The notes: generated by a model from the sequence alone, not told the origin. A stretch of DNA of 64,000 bases from Candidatus Magasanikbacteria bacterium RIFOXYC2_FULL_42_28 (GCA_001784435.1 MFQZ01000009.1:11324-75323), one strand, 5' to 3'. Positions 1 to 8,314 are shown, counted from the stretch's first letter. Numbers and translations: made by a program.

Positions 1-1654
1 GGACGGTAGTGCCATTAACATCCGTACCAACAACTGTAGGTACAATATTATTAGCAGTTGTAGCCCCATCAGCCTGCACATCAATGGCAGAAAAAGTAAG
101 CGCATAACGATCATCATTGCCACCATATGGCGAACCACCACCCAAAGTCGCGCGCGCAACTATTGATTTATTTGTACCTTTTGGAATTGTATATGAGCCA
201 CCACTAAATTTACCAGAATGAAAAACGGCATTACCCGAAGCATCAACCAAAACCGGACCGGCAATTTTGGTAGTCCCGGAATACAAATTAATTTCATTTA
301 TTATATCGCGAGCATTAACAGCGCCTTCAATCGCATTAGCAAAAATACCATCTACATTCTCGTCTATATAAACATGTAGCGTCAAATTTGTTAGCCGAAT
401 ATCTTCGTTTGTGCCAGCTGACAAAAGTAACCCGAGGGAGTCAATACCAGCCGAACCATCATTTATCACCGTTCGAGTTACCGGCGTCGCGGAACGAACA
501 ATAGTGAGACTGCCACTTGGTGGAACAGGCGGAGGCATGCATGCTCCACCTTTACACGTATAACCACTGGCACAAGCTACTTGTGTAGAGCTAGCGAACG
601 TATTAAAACACATTTGCTCTGAAACCGTAGTGGTGTTGACACATGAATCATAATTAGTAGTAAAGACCGTGCCTCCAACACTAATAGAAACCGAACTACT
701 GACCATAGTATTAACCCCGCCATCGCCATCCGTACAAACAATCGGTTTACAAGCACCGGCCACACAGACATCATGAAAAGCACAGGAAGTTGTAACATAA
801 GAAACCGACGAACCGAAACCACAAACTGCTTCTAGCACTCCAATTGAAGGAGTAGACGTAGAAGCACATTTATCCGGCAACGAACTCAAAATATTTCCAT
901 TATTCAAATCAACCACCTTAGCCACCGATGATATATTTACATTACCACCATCAATATCAATACATTTCTTTACCGGGCTATAAACACAACGACCGACACT
1001 ACAACTAAACCCATCCGGACAAGATAACGCAGTTTTAGAAATAACTCCGCCACTACAAGTACCTTCCGAAACTCTACCAGAACCGGTACAAGTGTCCAAA
1101 GTGGAAGAAATCATCCTACCGCCGGACCATAAGGATGTTAGATTTTGACTAATTAAATTCAACCCACCGTCAGGATCAGAACAACCATTCACACACTTAC
1201 CCCCAACTTTTTTCATTCGCGTCGGGCTATAACAAGAATAGGTATAATTACTTGAACCGGAACAACCATTATTAAAATTTTCTGTTAAAGAAATTCCATT
1301 GGCCAGTTGACGACAAGAGCCATTAACGTAAGAATCGGTAAAAGATTTGCTGGTAATGGCGCCAACGCAAGGAGCGCGCCAAATTAAGCGAAAAGTGTTA
1401 TTATTTAGACAAACATAGGTATAACCTTTTCCAGCCGTACAACTATTTAAATATTGCCGTTCCGTGGCCACGCCACCGGCAACAGCGCTACACGATGTTA
1501 CGGTCAAATAAGTTGTTGGTGGTCTAATAGGCGCGACTGCCAAAGCCACATTGCCGGCAACAGCCAAAGCCAAAGTCGCCACTGCCAATTTTAATTTCGT
1601 GACGCTACCAGTTTTTACCAGCGTCATTGTGCCCATTGTGTCGGCTGTGTCCAT
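1..1654 (-). CDS. Cysteine-rich repeat secreted/surface protein (N-terminal 551 aa; gene runs off the window start)
   Basis: Hand translation of the minus strand from ATG 1654..1652 shows no stop through position 1. It is absent from the ORF track because it is open at the window edge. The N-terminal hydrophobic anchor is LKLAVATLALAVAGNVALAVA, followed by repeated ~50-aa Cys-rich modules (C..DxDGG..N..C). Confidence 0.55.
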   Translation of the reverse strand, partial: MDTADTMGTMTLVKTGSVTKLKLAVATLALAVAGNVALAVAPIRPPTTYLTVTSCSAVAGGVATERQYLNSCTAGKGYTYVCLNNNTFRLIWRAPCVGAITSKSFTDSYVNGSCRQLANGISLTENFNNGCSGSSNYTYSCYSPTRMKKVGGKCVNGCSDPDGGLNLISQNLTSLWSGGRMISSTLDTCTGSGRVSEGTCSGGVISKTALSCPDGFSCSVGRCVYSPVKKCIDIDGGNVNISSVAKVVDLNNGNILSSLPDKCASTSTPSIGVLEAVCGFGSSVSYVTTSCAFHDVCVAGACKPIVCTDGDGGVNTMVSSSVSISVGGTVFTTNYDSCVNTTTVSEQMCFNTFASSTQVACASGYTCKGGACMPPPVPPSGSLTIVRSATPVTRTVINDGSAGIDSLGLLLSAGTNEDIRLTNLTLHVYIDENVDGIFANAIEGAVNARDIINEINLYSGTTKIAGPVLVDASGNAVFHSGKFSGGSYTIPKGTNKSIVARATLGGGSPYGGNDDRYALTFSAIDVQADGATTANNIVPTVVGTDVNGTTV

Positions 1655-1705
1655 ATATTTTAAAGTTAATCCCATAAAAATGGGTAATAAATTTAATTTG
1701 CGTAT

Positions 1706-1736
1706 ATTATAACACAAATGCCCCCCCCCAGCACAA
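1706..1736 (-). promoter_or_regulatory. Candidate sigma70 promoter of the 1..1654 gene with a G9 homopolymer in the spacer (phase-variable?)
   Basis: Read on the minus strand the sequence is TTGTGC-t-GGGGGGGGG-catttgtgt-TATAAT. The extended -10 TGtTATAAT is at 1706-1716, the -35-like TTGTGC at 1731-1736, and C9 at 1721-1729 on the plus strand. The spacer is 19 nt, which is suboptimal and changes with tract length. Confidence 0.4.
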
Positions 1737-1801
1737 TGAATTTTAAACAAGACGGTGGATAACTTTTTTTGATACTAAAATTTCTACATTAAAAAATCAA
1801 A

Positions 1802-2161
1802 CTAAAACGGCACCTCATCTTCAAGCACTTCATCTAAAGTCGTAGAATTCATACACCGACCATCATAACAAATCGGCAATTCGGTCGGACAAGTAAATAC
1901 CGAACTGGAAACAACTGGCATTGGTGAATTTGGGGCGCAATAATATTCCAATAAATTTCTATCATCTATACACTCATCTCTTTCGGTGGATATCAAAGCA
2001 TCGTTGAGATAACTTTTTGTATAACCTCGCTCACCTAAATTTTTGCCTGTATCTAAATCTTGACAACGGTGGACATTAATTGGAGTCGTAGTATTTACAC
2101 ATGCACCATCTACACAAAAAGGAGCACCAGCCGGGCAACGATACATACTATAATTAGCCAT
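1802..2161 (-). CDS. Small cysteine-rich protein, translationally coupled to the upstream gene
   Basis: ORF track 1802..2245. The likely true start is MANYSMYRC at 2161, where the ATG overlaps the TAA of the upstream gene (ATGGCTAA). It has repeated C..DG.C motifs and no obvious signal peptide. Confidence 0.4.
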   Translation of the reverse strand: MANYSMYRCPAGAPFCVDGACVNTTTPINVHRCQDLDTGKNLGERGYTKSYLNDALISTERDECIDDRNLLEYYCAPNSPMPVVSSSVFTCPTELPICYDGRCMNSTTLDEVLEDEVPF

Positions 2162-2947
2162 ATATAGAAGGGCCGCTATAAGAACCGGCTGATTCAAACA
2201 ACATGGCCTCGATATCACTGCTATGCGCCAAAGTGGTGGTACCAACTAAACAATATTGCTCATATACAGCTCGATCGCCAGCGCACCAATCAACGCGTGG
2301 GGGCTCAAGATCAAAATGACTACCAAAACCCATTTCATAGTTGACTGCTTCTCCCTTGTAGTACAGATTCGCCCCACCATCACTATCGCGACACCGCCGA
2401 TGTTCAGGCGGATAACTAGTTAAACATTTTCCATGATAACAACCATAGGGAAGACAACGGTGTGTTGTGGTGTTAATGTCAGTGCCGGCAGTATTACAAG
2501 ATGCCTCAACTAAATCAAAAAAATTTTTACAAACATCCGCCACAGATATTCCGCCTATTACAGTAGAAGTGCCAGCAACACTATAATCATAACCACTTGG
2601 GTTATCTTCGTCAGTATTTATACAACTCACCCGACATGACCTAGAACACACCTTGTATGATTTGACCGATTCGCAAGAGTAATAATTTGATTTCTCACGT
2701 GGTGATTTAGTACGACATCTGTTATCTAAAAAAACTGGTGCACCGGAAAATGATGAGCGTCTTATATAAATTCCGTGTAACGCTGTAGTGCAAGACGCCA
2801 CCTTATATTTTACACAACCACTCATCGGAATAATTTTTGCTGGTGTAACCGCCAACACCGCCACATTCGCCGCGAGTAGCGCGAACGTCGCAACCATTAA
2901 TTTAGTATAAGTAATCGTGCTGGTTTTAACGGATGTGACAGTTTCCA
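2154..2947 (-). CDS. Cysteine-rich secreted protein
   Basis: ORF track 2154..3035. The probable start is METVTS at 2947, followed by a signal peptide (MVATFALLAANVAVLAVTPA). The mature part is rich in Cys pairs. Confidence 0.5.
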
Positions 2948-3016
2948 TATTTTTTTCATCAGTAATTAATTTTGAAAAAAGCATAAAAAATTTATTAAAG
3001 AAGGCCAGAGTCAGCC

Positions 3017-4114
3017 CTACTCCGTCTCCCGCCAATCACCAACCACTTTTTTAATATCATCACTATCCACCACGAGCACCCCCATCGCCTCGGCCTGCTT
3101 TTCCAAATCCTCGCGCCGTTTGGTTAACGCCTCGGATTTTTTAGCATAAATTTTGCGATCTAATTCTTGAATTTCACTCCATAATTTAGCGGCTTCGGGA
3201 TATTTTTCACTGGCGGTTTTAAATAAGATGGCCGGCACATCGGGGTGGACATGCGACACTTTCACCATCGCACCCGATTCATCAACCACATCCAACGCCT
3301 TGTCCGGCAAACGACGCGACACAATATATTTTTGCGATAGTTTCACGGCCGCGTCAATCGCGGCATCGGTAAATTCCACTTTGTGAAATTCGCGATAGCG
3401 GTCTTTGACATTTTTTAAAATGCCGATGGTCTCGGCCTCGGTGGGCTCCCTCACTTCTACCGGCTGAAACCGACGTTCCAAACTGGCATCGGTTTTAATA
3501 TATTTTTCATATTCTTCCGGAGTGGTGGCGCCAATCATTTGTAAATCCCCGCGCGCCAAAGCCGGTTTTAAAATATCAGAAAAATTTACCGCGCCTTCGG
3601 TGCCATGCGACTGAATGATAGTATGAATTTCATCAATAAATAAAATTATCCGCCGATCAGCCCGACAAACTTCGTCAATAATTTTTTTCGCGCGCTCTTC
3701 AAATTCCCCGCGATATTTGGTACCAGAAAGCAGACCGGCGACATCCAATGATAACAACCGGTCGCCCTGTAAATGTTCCGGTACTTGTTTTTTAACAATT
3801 AAAGACGCGAGCCCTTCGACGATGGCAGTTTTGCCCACGCCCGGCGCGCCAATTAAAATGGCGTTGTTTTTTTCCCGACGCGACATCACCTGCGCCAAGC
3901 GCGTAATTTCATCTTCGCGCCCCACGACCGGATCCAAACGATTGGCCGCGGCCAAAGCAGTGAAATCCACGGTAAAAGTGGCCAGTATATCCGCGCCACC
4001 TTTTTTAAAACTGAATCCACCGCCTTCTTTGCCTTTTTTAGTGGCAAAATAAATTAAGCCGATGACAACCGCTATTAACGGGCCGACAAAATATGAATTT
4101 AACATAAATACCAA
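3017..4114 (-). CDS. Membrane-anchored AAA+ ATPase with a single Clp/Hsp100-type D1 domain
   Basis: An N-terminal TM helix is followed by VVGREDEITRLAQVMSRREKNNAILIGAPGVGKTAIVEGLA (the ClpA/B/C D1 Walker A region), Walker B IILFIDEIH, and a coiled-coil tail. It has no D2 domain. Confidence 0.7.
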   Translation of the reverse strand: MVFMLNSYFVGPLIAVVIGLIYFATKKGKEGGGFSFKKGGADILATFTVDFTALAAANRLDPVVGREDEITRLAQVMSRREKNNAILIGAPGVGKTAIVEGLASLIVKKQVPEHLQGDRLLSLDVAGLLSGTKYRGEFEERAKKIIDEVCRADRRIILFIDEIHTIIQSHGTEGAVNFSDILKPALARGDLQMIGATTPEEYEKYIKTDASLERRFQPVEVREPTEAETIGILKNVKDRYREFHKVEFTDAAIDAAVKLSQKYIVSRRLPDKALDVVDESGAMVKVSHVHPDVPAILFKTASEKYPEAAKLWSEIQELDRKIYAKKSEALTKRREDLEKQAEAMGVLVVDSDDIKKVVGDWRETE

Positions 4115-4121
4115 AAAATGA

Positions 4122-5108
4122 TTAATCTTTTTTTGCTTCTGATTCAGATAGTTTTTCCCGCGCCCCTACTGCGTCAAATACCGGTTTTACATCCGGATCA
4201 TCTAAATCCATCCCTTCAATTTTACTGCGCACGATGGCGTTCCAAACATCAGTCTCACTCATTTTTAAATATTGGGCCATACCAACAATTACTTCATCCA
4301 AAAATTTTCTTTCCTTTTTATAACCATCATTAACCTCCAAAATATCCAGAACATCCTTAACCGTTTGGGGAGCATATGTTTCCCCATGGCAACGCAATAA
4401 ATACTTTTTCATTATGTCCCTAGTCAATCGTTCAGTAACAGCCTCATCAAACAATCTAAACCTCGAACTTGAAGAGCCCTGAGTTCTATCGTGTTCTGAA
4501 TAACCCCCTCTTGATTTACCCAAACGCACCGGCACCATACCATCTAACATATGTTCTATCACCCAAGCCGCCGCTCTTTTAACTATTGAATCAATCTTTT
4601 GTTCTTCTAAGAGATTATATGAAATAGCGTGAACTTTTTCGTGAATCATTGTATGTAAAACATTAGCAAACATCAAATTCTCATCAACAATCAAATGTCC
4701 TTTTGTTTTTTGCTTTTGACCGCCCTGAATCCAGGCCTTCGCAACCAAAAGCTTGGCATCCAAAAAAATTTTATTAGCGTGAGGGGAATAAAATCCATCA
4801 AAAGCGCTCCCACTTTCTTCCAGCTTTTTAAAATCTTCCACTACAACTTCGGCTTCGTTAAAATTTAATTTCTCTGGACTAACACCACTTTTCGCGCCAA
4901 TTTCTTCAAAAATATTTTGCAGTTCAACCATATTAACTCGTGACAAAAATTCCTCAACCGCTTTTGACCACACCTCAAATGAGCTCCTGTCTGATTTTTC
5001 AGTAAATAATCTTTCACGAACCGGCTCCTCTGCTTGGTCAAGCAAAGTTTGAAATCTTTCCGGTTGCATTGGCCGGCCACGAAAATCAATTATCTCTCTC
5101 GGACTCAT
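4122..5108 (-). CDS. Hypothetical protein with an HExxH zinc-metallopeptidase motif
   Basis: 328-aa ORF containing HTMIHEKVHAISYN. It ends 8 nt upstream of the AAA+ gene on the same strand. Confidence 0.45.
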   Translation of the reverse strand: MSPREIIDFRGRPMQPERFQTLLDQAEEPVRERLFTEKSDRSSFEVWSKAVEEFLSRVNMVELQNIFEEIGAKSGVSPEKLNFNEAEVVVEDFKKLEESGSAFDGFYSPHANKIFLDAKLLVAKAWIQGGQKQKTKGHLIVDENLMFANVLHTMIHEKVHAISYNLLEEQKIDSIVKRAAAWVIEHMLDGMVPVRLGKSRGGYSEHDRTQGSSSSRFRLFDEAVTERLTRDIMKKYLLRCHGETYAPQTVKDVLDILEVNDGYKKERKFLDEVIVGMAQYLKMSETDVWNAIVRSKIEGMDLDDPDVKPVFDAVGAREKLSESEAKKD

Positions 5109-5189
5109 AAATATAATAAATCAAAACAACATCACTATAATACCATATCTTGCCTTTTTCCACAAAATATGGTAAATTTACCGCAAAAT

Positions 5190-6440
5190 ATGCCATTTTT
5201 TAATTTACAACACACCGACAACCGCGCCCGCGCCGGCGTTCTCCATACTGCTCATGGCGATATTGCAACGCCTTGCTTTATGCCCGTCGGCACCCAAGCC
5301 ACTGTTAAAACTTTGGATTCTTTGGATTTGGAAAATTTAAACGCGCCAATAATTTTAGGAAATACTTACCACTTGCATTTGCGTCCGGGCGAAGATTTGA
5401 TTGACACGGCCGGTGGATTACATAAATTTATGAATTGGAAACGACCGATTTTGACTGACTCGGGTGGATTTCAAGTTTTTTCACTTGGTCTACAAAAGGA
5501 CACCAAATTGTCATTTCGAACCGAGCGTAGCGAGCGTGAGAAATCTCCATCCGGTAAACAATACAATAATGGAGATCCCTCGCTTGACGCTCGGGATGAC
5601 AGCAAGAACGGCAACGAAAAACTCGTAAAAATCGACGACGACGGCGTTACCTTCCGCTCGCACATTGACGGCTCTACCCATCGCTTTACCCCCGAATCCG
5701 CCATTGAAACTCAACACAAACTCGGCGCCGATATAATCATGGCTTTTGACGAATGCACACCTGATCGGGCTTCGCCTGGCTACGCCCGACAAGCCATGGA
5801 ACGAACACATCTTTGGGCCGAGCGCTGCATTACTGAACACAAAAAAGAAACTAACCGCCACGGCTACCCCCAATTTTTATTTGGCATAATCCAAGGCGCC
5901 AACCATCAGGACTTACGCGAAGAATCTGCGAAATTTATTTGCGCGCAAGATTTTGACGGCATCGCGGTCGGCGGTGAATCTATCGGCTACAATATGGAAG
6001 CCACTGACGAAATTTTAAAATGGGTGCACCCGTATTTACCAACTAATAAACCACATTACGCAATGGGGATGGGGCTTGATCCAGCTGATTTACTCGTCGC
6101 GGTTGAAAATGGCATTGATATGTTTGATTGCGTCGCGCCGACACGATTGGCTCGGCATGGAATGATATTTACAAAAACAAAAGATAAAAGTGGTAAACAT
6201 AGAATGAATATAAAAAACAGTAGTTTTGCTACTGATTTTAGTCCGATTGAGCTGGATTGCACTTGTCACACCTGCCAAAATTACACGCGCGCGTATATCC
6301 ATCATTTATTCGCGGCCGAGGAGATGACCGCCATGCGCCTGACATCCATTCACAATTTACATTTTATGGTAGATTTGATGAAACAAACACGCGAGGCAAT
6401 TTTAAATAATAATTTTGCGGAATTTAAGAAAAATTTCTAA
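5190..6440 (+). CDS. tgt: Queuine tRNA-ribosyltransferase with a ~30-aa repeat-derived insertion
   Basis: MPFFNLQHTDNRARAGVLHTAHGDIATPCFMPVGTQATVK, ILTDSGGFQVFSL, and a C-terminal zinc site CTCHTCQNYTRAYIHHLF. The start is chosen by N-terminal similarity to Tgt (M-x-F-x-L...GRAR). Confidence 0.85.
   Translation: MPFFNLQHTDNRARAGVLHTAHGDIATPCFMPVGTQATVKTLDSLDLENLNAPIILGNTYHLHLRPGEDLIDTAGGLHKFMNWKRPILTDSGGFQVFSLGLQKDTKLSFRTERSEREKSPSGKQYNNGDPSLDARDDSKNGNEKLVKIDDDGVTFRSHIDGSTHRFTPESAIETQHKLGADIIMAFDECTPDRASPGYARQAMERTHLWAERCITEHKKETNRHGYPQFLFGIIQGANHQDLREESAKFICAQDFDGIAVGGESIGYNMEATDEILKWVHPYLPTNKPHYAMGMGLDPADLLVAVENGIDMFDCVAPTRLARHGMIFTKTKDKSGKHRMNIKNSSFATDFSPIELDCTCHTCQNYTRAYIHHLFAAEEMTAMRLTSIHNLHFMVDLMKQTREAILNNNFAEFKKNF
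5508..5596 (+). mobile_element. RPE-like palindromic repeat (family 1), complete copy inserted in-frame in tgt
   Basis: The copy reads TTGTCATTTCGAACCGAGCGTAGCGAGCG...GAGAAATCTCCATCC...AATGGAGATCCCTCGCTTGACGCTCGGGATGACA. Both hairpin ends are present, and it translates as KLSFRTERSEREKSPSGKQYNNGDPSLDARDDS. Confidence 0.6.
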
Positions 6441-6466
6441 GTTTGATTACACAAGCGTAATCAAAC
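6441..6466. repeat. Perfect palindrome GTTTGATTAC-ACAAGC-GTAATCAAAC (family 3), immediately after the tgt stop
   Basis: 10-6-10 inverted repeat. An identical copy lies at 7180-7205 and variants at 7294-7320, 46963-46988 and 47037-47060. Confidence 0.6.
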
Positions 6467-6580
6467 TGGTGGTTTCGCTCGCCACACAACTTTATCCCAG
6501 AAAGACACTCTTGGCCGTTCGGCCTAGGTTACGCTTTCTGAAATAAAGTTGCGCGTCGAGCTCTATGGTGCATAAAACAA

Positions 6581-7048
6581 ATGAATATGAATATAAACTT
6601 AATCTGTCTAGGCAAACCCAAAGAATCCTACTGGCGCGAGGCCGAGGCCGAATACTTAAAACGGCTTTCTTCAACGTGCAAAATCACCATTCGCGAGCTA
6701 AAAGAGAGGAGTTTTAGCGAAAAAGATGACCCGACCACGATTAAACTACAAGAAGCCGAACTAATTAAAAACGAACTAAAAAATACCAAAACCGGCCCAA
6801 TTTTGGTGCTTTCAGAAAATGGCCAACAATTTTCTTCAACAAAATTTGCCGAAATATTCAAAAATTCCGCTAATTTTACACTAATTATCGGTGGACCGCT
6901 GGGATTAGATGAATCAATTATTAAACTGGCGGACAAAGTAATTTCACTGTCTCCCCTAACTTTTACCCACCAAATGGCGCGAGTGGTGCTGTGGGAGCAG
7001 GTTTATCGGGCGCAGATGATAAATAGCGGGCGAAGATATCATTATTGA
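6581..7048 (+). CDS. rlmH: 23S rRNA (pseudouridine1915-N3)-methyltransferase, SPOUT family
   Basis: 155 aa. IIGGPLGLDESII...SLSPLTFTHQMARVVLWEQVYRA matches the RlmH/YbeA C-terminus. Confidence 0.8.
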   Translation: MNMNINLICLGKPKESYWREAEAEYLKRLSSTCKITIRELKERSFSEKDDPTTIKLQEAELIKNELKNTKTGPILVLSENGQQFSSTKFAEIFKNSANFTLIIGGPLGLDESIIKLADKVISLSPLTFTHQMARVVLWEQVYRAQMINSGRRYHY

Positions 7049-7055
7049 CGAGCGA

Positions 7056-7176
7056 AATGTCAAATTTCCAATTTCCAATGTCAAACCAAATCCAAATTTC
7101 AAATAACAAATACCGAATTTGACATTTTTACTTTGACATTGATTGGAAATTGGAAATTTGGATTTTGAAATTATCA
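7056..7176 (+). repeat. Long palindromic AATTTCCAATTTCCAATGTCAAA...TTTGACATTGGAAATTTGGATTTTGAAATT element (family 2)
   Basis: ~120 bp imperfect hairpin starting 8 nt after the rlmH stop. Four other copies occur at 12119, 19341, 43964 and 62441. Confidence 0.7.
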
Positions 7177-7179
7177 CAA

Positions 7180-7205
7180 GTTTGATTACACAAGCGTAAT
7201 CAAAC
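7180..7205. repeat. Family 3 palindrome GTTTGATTACACAAGCGTAATCAAAC
   Basis: Identical to 6441-6466. It brackets the rlmH and family 2 element segment. Confidence 0.6.
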
Positions 7206-7247
7206 TGTGGATAACTCTGGGTATAAGTCGCCTTTTCTGTGGATAAC
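7206..7247. promoter_or_regulatory. Two perfect DnaA boxes (TGTGGATAA, the reverse complement of TTATCCACA)
   Basis: Boxes at 7206-7214 and 7239-7247, 33 bp apart, followed by an AT-rich stretch at 7260-7380. Confidence 0.5.
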
Positions 7248-7395
7248 ACTTCGCTAATTTTAGCCAAAAAATATTTTCGGCAATAAAAAACTAAATTTGT
7301 ATACACAAGCGTATACAAATTTTTTGATATTTTAAACACTTTTAATCAATAATTTGGCTAATATATAACAAAAACTGCTCGCCTGCCCCACCCCC

Positions 7396-7424
7396 TTGAC
7401 AAAACTATAAATATGTGCTATAAT
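7396..7424 (+). promoter_or_regulatory. Consensus sigma70 promoter (TTGACA-17-TATAAT)
   Basis: TTGACA at 7396-7401, a 17-nt spacer, and TATAAT at 7419-7424. Confidence 0.6.
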
Positions 7425-7430
7425 ATCTTT

Positions 7431-7760
7431 GTAGTTCATTCTACAATTCAAGTTTCACTTCTGTGAAACACCCTCACGAAACTGCCATTTATGACAAGAA
7501 ATGGACTTATCACTGTAAAAACTTCAAAAAACAGCTAACAGTGATAATCCGCACTTCTTGCCTGGTATCCCCAATTTTACATTCGTCTGCGTTTTCCGCG
7601 ACAAATGTCCGGGGTAATACCTCTCAGGTGGTCGGAGGGTAACTCTGTCCGATGATTGACATTTTTCCCTAACGGGATTGATATCTCGTCGCGATGGTTT
7701 TACTAAAGGGCTAGAGCCTTAAAATTATTTTTATCGGGTCACTATGCCCTTTTTTTAATC
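7431..7760 (+). ncRNA. Long (~330 nt) structured 5' leader or ncRNA candidate upstream of the VIT-like transporter (riboswitch-like?)
   Basis: No ORF longer than 15 aa. It contains GC-rich paired segments (GTCCGGGGTAATACC...GGTCGGAGGGTAAC...GTCCGATG), a palindrome GTTTCACTTCTGTGAAAC, and ends in a hairpin plus T7 run (GCCCTTTTTTT at 7746-7757) just before the start codon. Confidence 0.25.
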
Positions 7761-7786
7761 CAATTTTTTTGGTATACTTATCTCAT

Positions 7787-8263
7787 ATGAAACCATCACT
7801 TCTCACCGGCTTTAGTTTTGGCCTAACCTCGGCCACCATCACCACTCTGGGGCTAATGGTTGGTTTGCAGTCCGGCACTAATTCCAAATTGGCGGTTTTG
7901 GGTGGCGTCCTGACTATCGCCATTGCCGATGCTTTTTCCGATGCGCTTGGGATTCATATTTCCGAAGAATCCAAGCTGGACAGTAACGCTAAGCACATCT
8001 GGGAAGCAACCGCATCCACTTTTTTATCAAAATTCTTATTCGCGTTAACTTTTTCCATACCATTTTTCTTTTTGTCATTAACCACGGCCGTTATCGTCAG
8101 CATTATTTGGGGCATAGTACTGCTGGGAGTGTTTAGTTATCATATCGCCAAAGCGAACGGCGCCCGGCCCGGCCCGGTCATTGTTGAACATTTGGGAATC
8201 GCCACGGCCGTTATTATTATCACCCATTTTGTCGGTAAGGCGATCAACACCTTTTTTGGATAA
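7787..8263 (+). CDS. VIT1/CCC1-like (DUF125) polytopic membrane protein, putative Fe2+/Mn2+ transporter
   Basis: GFSFGLTSATITTLGLMVGL and IAIADAFSDALGIHISEESKLD resemble the VIT-family motifs GANDGLVSTASLV and SMAxGEYVSVSSQ. It has 4-5 TM helices. The ATG at 7787 is preferred over the track's TTG at 7769. Confidence 0.4.
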   Translation: MKPSLLTGFSFGLTSATITTLGLMVGLQSGTNSKLAVLGGVLTIAIADAFSDALGIHISEESKLDSNAKHIWEATASTFLSKFLFALTFSIPFFFLSLTTAVIVSIIWGIVLLGVFSYHIAKANGARPGPVIVEHLGIATAVIIITHFVGKAINTFFG

Positions 8264-8285
8264 TAAAAAAAGACACGGGTGGCTA

Positions 8286-8314
8286 TTGACTACCAAAACG
8301 AAATATCGTATAAT
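8286..8314 (+). promoter_or_regulatory. sigma70 promoter TTGACT-17-TATAAT
   Basis: TTGACT at 8286-8291 and TATAAT at 8309-8314. Confidence 0.5.

Noticed and set aside
1721-1729. Treating the C9/G9 tract as definitive phase variation
   Set aside because: A single assembly cannot show length polymorphism, and homopolymers are also error-prone in some sequencing chemistries. It is reported as a candidate only.
3717-4052. 111-aa plus-strand ORF inside the Clp-like ATPase gene
   Set aside because: It is antisense to a well-supported AAA+ coding frame and has no features of its own.
7431-7760. yybP-ykoY (Mn2+) or other known riboswitch for the long leader
   Set aside because: I could not find the conserved GGGGAGUAG and ACAUAUGG blocks, the TPP CUGAGA block, or FMN motifs. 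It is reported only as an unclassified leader.
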